From the NCBI GenBank assembly GCA_031377305.1, contig JANMEV010000377.1:166-64165 (forward strand): 64,000 nt of DNA, read 5' to 3'. The notes beneath the pieces were generated by a model that was not told the DNA's origin, did no database searches, and saw nothing but the letters and a program-made list of their open reading frames with translations. Shown in pieces: positions 1-8,297 of this stretch; position 1 is the stretch's first letter, and each line of letters begins with the position of its first letter. Source of the DNA: Planctomycetota bacterium (GTDB lineage: Bacteria; Planctomycetota; Planctomycetia; Planctomycetales; Planctomycetaceae). The position numbers and the translations under genes are program-made.

Positions 1-19
1 AGGGCCGCTGTCTCGTCCG

Positions 20-2068
20 ATGCTCGAGCGATCGATTCGGGAAGCCGAACGACTTGCGACGTCCGTTGCGGCCGATGATGTGTTTGATGCCTCAGGATTG
101 AAGCGACTGAGCCTGTATGCCGGAGGTCTGCTGCTTTCAGTCGCTGGCCTTGGAATCTTTCAGCCACAACTGCTGACTCGCTGGTGGAGCGCGTTCATTC
201 GCTGTGATGAAACCTACCATCAGCGAACAACGGACGTGAAGATGGTCGCGGTCTCGCAACCGGGTGATCGAAGGATTGAATTTCAGCCGGAAGGCGAACA
301 GCTTCTTTATCGACATCCTCGCGGCGCGGATCTGGAACTGGAGATGCAGATTCCCGACGGCGGTCCCAAAGAAGGCCAGGCCTGGATTGTTCCCGATCGA
401 ATTCGAGTCGATGTGATTCGAGCCGACGGGTCACGGTCTCGAACCTATGTCTCGCCGAACGCTTCATCGGATCGGATGTTTCGATTCGTGGTGACTCGGC
501 TTCAGGAGCCGATCGAAATCGATCTGCTGGCTGGCGACTTTCGAACTCGCGTTCCGTATCGAATTGATGTTGTGAATCCGCCCGGCATCGACTCAATCAA
601 ACTGAAGTGTACCTATCCGGAATACACCGGCTGGAATCAGCAGCGGGAAACAACCATCGCAGTCACCGGCAGCGAAGTTCAACTTCCCATCGGAACTGCG
701 TTTGATTTGTCAGCGACGGCCAGCAAACCGTTGCGTGCCGTTCGAATTGTTTCCGACCAGTTCGAACTGTCGGGTGACCGCGAGGCGTCTCGCCTGACGT
801 TGCGGAACGGAGGTTCGCTGGAATCCAGCGGTCCCCCGTTAATCGGGGCTGATGGGAAAACGCTGACGGCCAGCTTTGAAATTTCTCTGCCGGCTGCGAC
901 AGCTTCAGCCCCGGTGTCACCGGCAGGTGAAGAAACCGAAGTGAAACCGTCGGACAGGTCTACGCCCGCAAAAACCGGTGCCCTTCAAATCCCCTCCAGC
1001 ACCAATCTACGATTCTTTCTGCACGACGATGACGATGTGATGTCGGCCAGTCCGGAAACACTCCGAGTGCAGGGCATTGAAGACAAGGCGCCGATTGTTG
1101 CGGCGCAGATGACGGGAATTGACTCGGCGGTAACTCGCCTGGCACAGATACCAATCGCTGGTCGCATCCGAGATGACTATGGCCTCAAATCTGCCGTCTT
1201 CGAGTTTCTCGTCGATGATGAATCTACATGGAGGCCTCGCCCGTTTCGAAATCCTCCCGCGGCCGGAATGACCGACTTCGAATTGACTCGCAGCGACTCA
1301 GAGCGGTTCGAGATTTTCGATCTGCGACCGATGGAACTCTCCGAAGGTCAGACTTTGACCCTCTCAATTCTGGCCACCGACGCGAATCAGTTTCCTTCGC
1401 CGGGTGCGACTCGCAGTGAGCCGATGGTGTTTCGAGTGGTCAGTATCGAAGAGCTTCTGTCGCTGCTTTACACTCGCGAAATCGGGCTGCGAACTCGATT
1501 CGAAGAAGTGATCGCACAGCTTGAAGAACTCGACAAAGATCTGCAGTTCCACCAGGCCGTCGCAAAGCGAATTGACAACGCTGCCACCGAATCCAATCAG
1601 GAAGACAAGATCAGCTTGAACACCTGCGCGACTCGCAGCGGTAACAACCTGCGTCGCCAGGCCAACGAGCTGAACGCGATCGTTGAGGGCTTCGAGGAAA
1701 TCGTCAAGCAGTTGATCAACAACGCCGTTCCGCCTCAGCAACTCGCTGAGAACATGCGGTCCAGTATTGTGGATCCGATGAAGGCCGTGTCCAGCGACAT
1801 GATTCCGACTGCCGACAAGTCAGTGAGTGCTTTTCGAGTGGCCGCGCAGGAAGGCCAGAAGACTGAGGAACTGGTGAATCAGTCGCAACAGCAGGTCTCA
1901 CAGGTGATCGCCTCGCTGAAACAGATTCTTGAAAATGTTCGCGACATGGCGGAATTTCATGAAGCGTTGCGAGACCTGAAAGCCATCCTTGATGAGCAGC
2001 AGCAAATCCTCGACGGCACAAAGAAACTGCAGAAGAGCCAACTGTTTGATGACATTTTGAACAAGTAG
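20..2068 (+). CDS. hypothetical membrane-anchored protein with C-terminal coiled coil (possibly 5'-truncated by the window edge)
   Basis: 682-aa ORF. The reading frame stays open back to nt 2, so the true start may lie upstream. One hydrophobic helix (LSLYAGGLLLSVAGLGIF) sits near the N-terminus, followed by a beta-rich middle and a Q/E/L-rich helical tail. Only 9 nt separate it from the next ORF, which suggests an operon. Confidence 0.6.
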   Translation: MLERSIREAERLATSVAADDVFDASGLKRLSLYAGGLLLSVAGLGIFQPQLLTRWWSAFIRCDETYHQRTTDVKMVAVSQPGDRRIEFQPEGEQLLYRHPRGADLELEMQIPDGGPKEGQAWIVPDRIRVDVIRADGSRSRTYVSPNASSDRMFRFVVTRLQEPIEIDLLAGDFRTRVPYRIDVVNPPGIDSIKLKCTYPEYTGWNQQRETTIAVTGSEVQLPIGTAFDLSATASKPLRAVRIVSDQFELSGDREASRLTLRNGGSLESSGPPLIGADGKTLTASFEISLPAATASAPVSPAGEETEVKPSDRSTPAKTGALQIPSSTNLRFFLHDDDDVMSASPETLRVQGIEDKAPIVAAQMTGIDSAVTRLAQIPIAGRIRDDYGLKSAVFEFLVDDESTWRPRPFRNPPAAGMTDFELTRSDSERFEIFDLRPMELSEGQTLTLSILATDANQFPSPGATRSEPMVFRVVSIEELLSLLYTREIGLRTRFEEVIAQLEELDKDLQFHQAVAKRIDNAATESNQEDKISLNTCATRSGNNLRRQANELNAIVEGFEEIVKQLINNAVPPQQLAENMRSSIVDPMKAVSSDMIPTADKSVSAFRVAAQEGQKTEELVNQSQQQVSQVIASLKQILENVRDMAEFHEALRDLKAILDEQQQILDGTKKLQKSQLFDDILNK

Positions 2069-2077
2069 GATCGTGTC

Positions 2078-3838
2078 ATGAACTTTCGCAGCATCGTGTT
2101 CCTGATCAGCTTTTCAGCCTGCATTTGGCAGTGGTACGTCGTGTTTGCTCAGGAAACGCCCAAACCCGCGCCAGTCGCAGCGCCGGCGAAAGATACGTCG
2201 CCTAAAAGCCTGCGAGACGGTCAACTGTCGATCAGCGGTCGATACGCTCGCTTTGAACGTATGCTTTCGCAGATGGCCGACATTCTGGGACGCCAGGATC
2301 CCGAACGAGCCGACCTTCTTCGACGAGCAATCGGCAAAGGCCGCGAAGAATTGGTGAAGGAAGACATCGAAAAGATTATCGAATTGCTGAACAATGGCGA
2401 GCTGGGAACGGCGTCCGAGAAGCAAACAGAAGTCATCGGCAGCCTGCAAACGCTGCTCAAACTTCTGCAAAGCGAAGACCGTCGCAGCAGCGTCGAACGA
2501 GAACGAGAACGGCTCAACGAGCTATTGAAGGATGTTCGCAACGTGCTGGCGGAACAGAAGTCTGCTCGTGCCGCCACACAGAATTCGCAGGCTCCGTCCA
2601 ATGCCGCTCCCGGACAGCAGCGTGCGATCAGCGAAACCGACAAGCTGCTCGAGTCCATGAAGGAACATGATGATCAGGAAGCCAAAGAAGGAGAGCAGGG
2701 GGCAGGGGACGACAGCGAAGAGAAGGACGGCAAAAAGAAAGACGGTGACTCCAAGAATGGTGAGCCAAAGGACGGCAAACCCAAGGACGGTGAGTCTCAA
2801 GAGGGCGACTCGAAAGACGGAAAGTCGCAGGATGGAAAGCCTGAAGACGGCGAGTCCAAAGATGGCAAACCCAACGATGGAAAATCCAAAGAGGGTGAGA
2901 ACAAAGACTCCAAAGACGGCGACGCGAAGAAATCTCAGGACGGCAAGGGAAGCCAATCCAAGTCCGGGCAGAAGTCAAAAGGCCAGCAGAAGTCGGGTCA
3001 AAAATCCGGTGGCAAAGATTCAAAGCAGACGCCAGGTCGTGAGCAGCTTGAAAAGGCTCGCGAACAAATGGAGCAGGCTCTTGAAGAATTGAAGGAGCAG
3101 GAACGAGAGGAGGCTCTCGAGAACGAAGACGCCGCCATCGAAGAACTGCACGAGGCCACCGAGAAGCTGGAAGAAATGCTGAAGCAGCTTCGCGAAGAAG
3201 AAAAGGAAATGATGCTGGCATCACTGGAAGCCAGATTCCAGCGGATGTTGACCGCAGAAACTCAGATTCACGAAGGCACCCTGACACTGGCCGCAACACC
3301 TCAAAAGGACTGGCTGGATCAATACTACAGTCGTTGCCGTGAACTTGCCCAGCAACAGTCTGAACTCACGACCGAATGTGCTCAGACAGTCAACCTTCTT
3401 CGCGAGGACGGCACGTCTGTTGCAATTCTGCTGGCAGTGGAAGACATCGAAGCCGACATGAGCACCGTCAGCGGATGGCTTCAGGAATCCAAGGTCGGCG
3501 ATCTGACTCAGTCCGTGCAGACCGACATTATCGATTCGCTCAAGCAACTGATTGAGACGACTCAAAAAGAAATGCAGGAGATGAAGGAACAGCAACAGCA
3601 GCAGCAACAACAGCAAAACCAGGAACAGAAGGAGGGCCTGGTTGAGTTGATGGCTGAAATCAAGATGCTCCGCAATCTACAGTTGCAGGTGAATCGTCGA
3701 ACAAAGAAAGTCGACGGCCTTCTGAAATCCGCACCGACGGATGATATGCCAGCACTTCAAAAGCAAGTCCACGACCTCGCGGTACGACAACGACGACTCA
3801 TCGAAACCGCAAAGGAACTCGCGAAACAGGCAAAGTAG
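2078..3838 (+). CDS. secreted coiled-coil protein with a K/D/G/E low-complexity core and a poly-Gln tract
   Basis: 586-aa ORF. N-terminal signal-like segment (IVFLISFSACIWQWYVVFAQE), long heptad-like helical regions, a degenerate KDG(E/K)xK repeat block at about nt 2717-3030, and nine consecutive Gln codons at 3590-3616. Confidence 0.65.
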   Translation: MNFRSIVFLISFSACIWQWYVVFAQETPKPAPVAAPAKDTSPKSLRDGQLSISGRYARFERMLSQMADILGRQDPERADLLRRAIGKGREELVKEDIEKIIELLNNGELGTASEKQTEVIGSLQTLLKLLQSEDRRSSVERERERLNELLKDVRNVLAEQKSARAATQNSQAPSNAAPGQQRAISETDKLLESMKEHDDQEAKEGEQGAGDDSEEKDGKKKDGDSKNGEPKDGKPKDGESQEGDSKDGKSQDGKPEDGESKDGKPNDGKSKEGENKDSKDGDAKKSQDGKGSQSKSGQKSKGQQKSGQKSGGKDSKQTPGREQLEKAREQMEQALEELKEQEREEALENEDAAIEELHEATEKLEEMLKQLREEEKEMMLASLEARFQRMLTAETQIHEGTLTLAATPQKDWLDQYYSRCRELAQQQSELTTECAQTVNLLREDGTSVAILLAVEDIEADMSTVSGWLQESKVGDLTQSVQTDIIDSLKQLIETTQKEMQEMKEQQQQQQQQQNQEQKEGLVELMAEIKMLRNLQLQVNRRTKKVDGLLKSAPTDDMPALQKQVHDLAVRQRRLIETAKELAKQAK

Positions 3839-3868
3839 TCGGGGCAGCGACATGCGTCAGCTTGCCGG

Positions 3869-3946
3869 AAGGCTCGTTCCGGCGGAGCGACACGGCGACG
3901 TTCGCCGCAAACAAAGTAGCCATCTCGCTCCGCCGAGATGAGCCTT
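3869..3946. repeat. inverted pair of a 31-nt hairpin repeat (copy 1 at 3869-3899 forward, copy 2 at 3916-3946 reverse); may also act as a terminator hairpin for the upstream gene
   Basis: AAGGCTCGTTCCGGCGGAGCGACACGGCGAC and the reverse complement of GTAGCCATCTCGCTCCGCCGAGATGAGCCTT match at 25/31 positions. They match the copies at 4064 and 5233 at 26/31 and 28/31. The pair starts 31 nt after the stop codon at 3838. Confidence 0.75.
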
Positions 3947-4051
3947 GCGTCTGGCTTATGGTTAACCTGCCCATGTCGCCATGCGTGGTGCCGTTGTTGA
4001 ATGTGGTCGTTGAATGTCTTTCGCGAAGACAAGGCGGGGTGCAATTGACCG

Positions 4052-4098
4052 CGGGCCCACATCAAGGCTCGTCTCGACGGAGCGAGACGGCTACATTG
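4052..4098 (+). repeat. hairpin repeat copy 3 (core 4064-4094, AAGGCTCGTCTCGACGGAGCGAGACGGCTAC)
   Basis: The 31-nt core is identical to 5233-5263. It contains the internal dyad GTCTCG-N6-CGAGAC. The flanks (CGGGCC.. upstream, ..TTG downstream) are also similar to the copy at 5221-5267. It lies 70 nt upstream of the TIR gene start. Confidence 0.85.
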
Positions 4099-4163
4099 CG
4101 AGCCTTCGGGCCACGGCCTAATGGCTCACTTTCCTCGTTTGTTTCTATTTCTCTGAGTCCGTC

Positions 4164-5126
4164 ATGGCCAACACTGAACACGTTGAGATCGTCAAGCAAG
4201 GCAAGTCGGCAATCGATGCGTGGCGCGCGAAGAACCCGGGGACTCGACTCGACCTGAGTGGGGCCGACCTGAGCGCGGCAAACCTGAGCGGGGCAGACTT
4301 GAGCGGGGCAGACTTGAGCAGGGCGAACCTGGGAGGGGCCAACCTGATCAGGGCCGACCTGAGCGAGGGCAGCCTGAGCGGAGCCAACCTGAGCGAGGCC
4401 CACTTGTGGTTTGCCGACCTGAGAAGGACCAATCTGGACAATTCCTGCACCGACAACGCCGCACTGGCGTTCACGATCCTCGCCAACGTGGACCTCTCAA
4501 CGGTCAAGGGTCTGGAATCCGTCATCCATCGTGCTCCCAGCAGCATCGGCGTGGACACCCTTTACAAATCGCAGGGAAAAATCCCCGAAGAGTTCTTGCG
4601 TGGCTGTGGGGTGCCGGAGGATTTTATCACCTACTTGCCGTCTCTGGTCGGGACGATGCAGCCGGTGCAATATCAGTCATGCTTCATCAGCTACAGCAGC
4701 AAGGATGACGAGTTTGCGCGGCGGCTGCATGAGAGAATACGGGCCGTAAAGCTGCGGGTCTGGTTTGCTCCCGAAGACATGAAGGGCGGCAGGAAGTCCA
4801 TCGAACAAATTGACGAGGCCATTCAGGTCAACGACCGCCTGCTTCTGGTGCTGTCGGAGAAGAGCATGAGCAGCGAATGGGTAATGAGCGAGATCCGCCG
4901 GGCTCGCAAGACCGAACTCCGCGAGAAACGCAAGAAGCTGTTTCCCATCCGCCTGTGCAGCTTCAAGAAGATTAAGGACTGGAAGTGCTTCGACTCCGAC
5001 ACGGGCAAAGATCTGGCCGTCGAAGTCCGGGAGTATCACATCCCCGATTTCTCCAGCTGGAAAGACCACGACGCCTTCGAATCCGCCTTCGCCGACCTGC
5101 TGCGAGATCTCAAGGCTCAGGCTTAG
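4164..5126 (+). CDS. pentapeptide-repeat / TIR-domain protein
   Basis: 320-aa ORF. Residues about 29-93 form 13 tandem A(D/N)LSx pentapeptide units. Residues about 171-300 look like a TIR_2-type domain: CFISYSSKDDEFARRLHERI, VWFAPEDMKGGRKSIEQIDEAI, LLLVLSEKSMSSEWVMSEIRRA. Confidence 0.85.
   Translation: MANTEHVEIVKQGKSAIDAWRAKNPGTRLDLSGADLSAANLSGADLSGADLSRANLGGANLIRADLSEGSLSGANLSEAHLWFADLRRTNLDNSCTDNAALAFTILANVDLSTVKGLESVIHRAPSSIGVDTLYKSQGKIPEEFLRGCGVPEDFITYLPSLVGTMQPVQYQSCFISYSSKDDEFARRLHERIRAVKLRVWFAPEDMKGGRKSIEQIDEAIQVNDRLLLVLSEKSMSSEWVMSEIRRARKTELREKRKKLFPIRLCSFKKIKDWKCFDSDTGKDLAVEVREYHIPDFSSWKDHDAFESAFADLLRDLKAQA
4248..4442 (+). repeat. 15-nt periodic coding repeat (pentapeptide-repeat DNA)
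   Basis: Iterated GCnGAC/AACCTGAGCGnG units. They lie inside the CDS and generate spurious ORFs in other frames and on the opposite strand. Confidence 0.8.
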
Positions 5127-5153
5127 AAATCGGGCTGAAAACGTCGGTGGGTT

Positions 5154-5175
5154 CCCGATCTGAGGACAGATCGGG
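5154..5175 (+). terminator. perfect 9-bp stem hairpin downstream of the TIR gene (weak U tract)
   Basis: CCCGATCTG-AGGA-CAGATCGGG, 28 nt after the stop codon at 5126. It is followed by CTATCGTTACGATTT, so there is no strong T run. Confidence 0.4.
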
Positions 5176-5220
5176 CTATCGTTACGATTTCACCAGGACA
5201 ACACGGGGTGGTATTGACTA

Positions 5221-5267
5221 CGGGCCATCCTGAAGGCTCGTCTCGACGGAGCGAGACGGCTACTTTG
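5221..5267 (+). repeat. hairpin repeat copy 4 (core 5233-5263)
   Basis: The core is 31/31 identical to 4064-4094 and in the same orientation, so the TIR gene is bracketed by direct copies. The 3' flank (TTTGGCTGCGAGCAACG) resembles the flank of copy 2 (TTTGTTTGCGGCGAACG). Confidence 0.85.
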
Positions 5268-5472
5268 GCTGCGAGCAACGCAGGAGTGAACGATTGAATT
5301 CCGCCAGACTAAGGAATGCCAGGACTGAGAGGTTTCATGCTTCGCAAGGAATGATTTGTAAAATGGGCTGTCTGGCAGTCGAATAGGCGGTCTCTCACAG
5401 GAAGAGTCGCTCATCGAAAGCCCATCGTTCTGGCAGTTCGTTGGAATCAGCTTTAGGGATTGTGAATTTTTG

Positions 5473-5501
5473 TTGACATTCAGCAGCGTGGATTCAAAAA
5501 T
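5473..5501 (+). promoter_or_regulatory. candidate sigma70-like promoter (TTGACA-N17-AAAAAT)
   Basis: Perfect -35 hexamer at 5473-5478 and an A/T hexamer 17 nt downstream. It is about 195 nt upstream of the ORF at 5698. Planctomycete promoter rules are poorly known. Confidence 0.25.
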
Positions 5502-5697
5502 CCGAGACCGAAAGGATTCGGGAAATTTGGTGCAGAGGCTAAGACGTTTGTCCCCTCGAGTTTTGTTCAAACGGCCGATTGCCGCGACAAGCCGAAGTGA
5601 GAGACAGGCATCTTCTGCATAGAAGTCTCCAGGGACGGAGGTGAAGGATCGATGAATACCCTTTTGCAACCGGTTTGCACCCCACTGGAGCCCCTGA

Positions 5698-6009
5698 ATG
5701 TCGACGTTTTATTCCGAAGCGGACGCTGGACTCGAATCTCTGTCCGAAATTGAAGGCTACGAATTTCTCAGTGACCTGGATGCAGGTTTTGAAGAAGAAC
5801 TGAGATCATTGGGTGTTGACCCAGCAGCCCCAACCGCCGCAAAGCCGGGATCTGAAGAAAAAGTGATGATGTTGGCGGCTCGATATGCGGCTGGCCTTCC
5901 ACTTTGGCACACTGACGATTGCTATGATCATGGACCGGGTAGCGTTGGTAATTTGATCGTCGATGACGAGATCAGCGACGACAACTCCGAGTCATTCGAC
6001 GTGGCATAG
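5698..6009 (+). CDS. small acidic hypothetical protein
   Basis: 103-aa ORF, strongly acidic (D/E-rich ends), followed by a textbook intrinsic terminator. I recognised no family. Confidence 0.55.
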   Translation: MSTFYSEADAGLESLSEIEGYEFLSDLDAGFEEELRSLGVDPAAPTAAKPGSEEKVMMLAARYAAGLPLWHTDDCYDHGPGSVGNLIVDDEISDDNSESFDVA

Positions 6010-6042
6010 TTTCCACGCCCGAAGCACTCCTGAACTTCATAA

Positions 6043-6069
6043 ACGCCGCAGATATCTGCGGCGTTTTTT
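6043..6069 (+). terminator. Rho-independent terminator
   Basis: Perfect 22-nt palindrome ACGCCGCAGAT/ATCTGCGGCGT (6043-6064) running into TTTTTT (6064-6069), 34 nt after the stop of the 5698-6009 ORF. Confidence 0.8.
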
Positions 6070-6316
6070 CGTGCCTGTAAACGCGGGTCGATCCTCCATT
6101 CAAACCGCATCAATCATCAAGTACCAAACTTTTCAGACAGATTTCGCTGCGGCGAGCATCATTGGCGAATTGATGCATGAGGGAAAGCTTTTCGAAGTCG
6201 CCGAAACTTTGCCCTACTGAGGATTCACGAACCGACGTTTGGAAGGCTATAGTGCCGTTCCCATCGATTGAAAAACGAGTTCCGCATCGGTTCGCTTCTG
6301 TTCAGGAGTTGCTTGT

Positions 6317-8092
6317 ATGTGCGTGTTTGATAATCGGATTCGGGTTGCGCTGTTCGCAGTTGGGCTCTTGGCTTCGGCAGCCAAACCGCTTGAAGCGGCT
6401 GAGAAAACGGATGCGACCCAAACCGAATTCTCGACAACTCACAAACAGGCACGCGTCATCAAGCCGATGCACGAGGGCAAGCCTGTCGCTTTGAATACGT
6501 TTTGCCTGGACAAGGCAGGCAACGTCCTTGCCTGCGTCGGCGGCGACAGCGTGCAGTATGTCATAAACGAAGATGGCTCACAGCAAGCCACAAACGTTTC
6601 GACTCCGCAGCAACTTCAGGTGTACTCGCCAGAAGGCACTTTGATCCGAGCGGTCGATTTGTAGTTTCGACCAACCGCGGTGAATGCTGCGTCAGATGGT
6701 TCTGTCTTCGTGGCCGGAGCGGGAAAGGTCGCTCATGTGAGTGCTCAGGGCGAGGTGCTGTTAACGGTTGATTCTCCGCACATCGGAGATATGGAATCTT
6801 TTCGACAGCACATTGACGACGCGGCAAAGAAGCAAAAAGAAGCGAATACGACTCGCTTGCGTGAAACCGTCACTCGCGTTGACGAGCGAATCGCGAAGCT
6901 GAAAGAAAAGCCGGAAGTAGAACTCACCGAACTCGAAACGAAGAAGCTGCAGACATACGAAAAACAAAAGCAGCTCTATGAAGCCCAGCTAACGGCATTG
7001 GAAAAAGTCACCGGAAGCGCCGGCACGAGTGACGCGGTCATCAAACGCAAACTGGGGATCACTGCGCTGGCAGTGACCAGTAAAGACTTGTTCCTTTGTT
7101 GCAACGCCGTTGAGGGCACAGGTTACGAAATCTGGCGCACGACGCATGAATTTTCGGAGCCCACAAAGGTCGTCAGCTCACTGGGCGGATGTTGTGGACA
7201 ATGTGATATCCAGGCAACCGACGATCATCTGGTACTGGCCGAAAACACGAAGTTCAAAGTTGCGTTGCTGGACCGCGATGGCAATCGCCTTACCGATTTT
7301 GGCAAGGGCGATCGAAAAGCGACCGACGGTTTTGGAAGCTGCTGCAATCCCATGAATGTGCGTTGTTGCGAAAACGGTGACATCCTGACCGCCGAATCCA
7401 GCATCGGCACCATTAAACGATTCAGCAAAGACGGCGAGCTTCTGGGAATTGTAGGCAAGGCAAAGATTGGCGGCGGCTGTAAACACGTCGCATTGGGTTT
7501 CGATGAGAAGCGAAATCGCTACTACATGATGAATGTCGACAAGGACCACATCTGCGTCATGCTGCCAAACGACGAGGCACCTGAGCTAACGTCCGACGAA
7601 GCGATGGCGAAGCAGGCTCGCGATGGCCTCGGGCAAAAACTGATCGGCGAATGGTCACTGGACGGCGTTGCACCAGCTTCTGAGCAACAGGGTGATGATG
7701 AGGCAAAGACGGGAAATAGCTCTGCAGTGAAACCGGTCTCCGTCACGACATTACTAAGAAGTCGAACCGATGCCTACTCCGCCACGTACTTCAGGTTCGA
7801 AGCGGATGGCAAGCTGACAGGGCAGGGCGGGCAGTTGTCGTCCGATGAACTGGGCTGGGAATGCATCCGTCAGGATGGTAATACACTGTTCGTTTCAAAG
7901 ATTCAGGGGAACATCCAGTATTATGAGTACAAGATCGACTTCGTCAGCGATGACGAAACAACGATCTCACTGACTCACAATGAACGAGTTCTCGCAAGCA
8001 ACCGCTACAAGAGAGTCGTCTCTAAACCTGCAGAGAAATCAGCGGCCGAAGCAACAACTGAAGACCCAAAGACCAAGCCAGCAGGCGAATAG
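6317..8092 (+). pseudogene. Cys-pair-rich beta-propeller protein, paralog A, interrupted by an in-frame TAG at 6662-6664
   Basis: ORFs 6317-6664 and 6680-8092 are in the same frame (offset 363 nt). Read together they align end to end with the 8298-10178 protein: ...AVDL*FRPTAVNAASDGSVFVAG against ...STELEFTPTAINPAADGTIYVAG. The TAG aligns with GAG (Glu) in the paralog. AGGAG lies 9 nt upstream of the ATG at 6317, and there is an N-terminal signal peptide. Confidence 0.6.
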
Positions 8093-8297
8093 TTCGCTGA
8101 TTATCGCTAAGAAGCCGAACAAGACTGACGCGATGACTCAGCACACACCTGCCGAAGTCAGTCGCACCATTCAGCGAAACGGCTGTCCTGCGTACAGTTC
8201 GGCTAGTTCGCTGAAACCTCCACCGCCAAGGCTGATATAGATTTTTTTCAAATTTCAAATGAGTCCCTTTCGACACATATTCCTCGGAGTAATTTGT

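Noticed and set aside
4062-4708. ORFs 4062-4403(-), 4145-4558(-) and 4220-4708(+), which overlap the start of the TIR gene.
   Set aside because: They are artefacts of the 15-nt periodic pentapeptide-repeat DNA. Their translations are themselves periodic (PAQV.., ERG..) and they overlap a well-supported CDS.
4164-5126. Thoeris (ThsA/ThsB) or another known multi-gene TIR defence system.
   Set aside because: No SIR2, Macro, SLOG, nuclease, STING or cyclase partner gene is adjacent. The neighbours are a coiled-coil secreted protein and a small acidic ORF 570 nt away.
3869-5267. The idea that the hairpin repeats are integron attC sites and the TIR gene is an integron cassette.
   Set aside because: There is no intI integrase or attI in the window. 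I could not find the conserved R''/R' core sites (RYYYAAC / GTTRRRY) at the repeat ends. The repeats are shorter and more symmetric than typical attC sites.
5190-5669. 159-aa minus-strand ORF in the spacer after the TIR gene.
   Set aside because: It has no motifs and an odd composition. It spans one of the hairpin repeats (5233-5263) and a candidate plus-strand promoter. It is probably non-coding.
6662-6664. Pyrrolysine decoding of the in-frame TAG.
   Set aside because: No pyl genes are visible. The aligned residue in the paralog is an ordinary Glu, one base change away, so a nonsense mutation or sequencing error is far more parsimonious.
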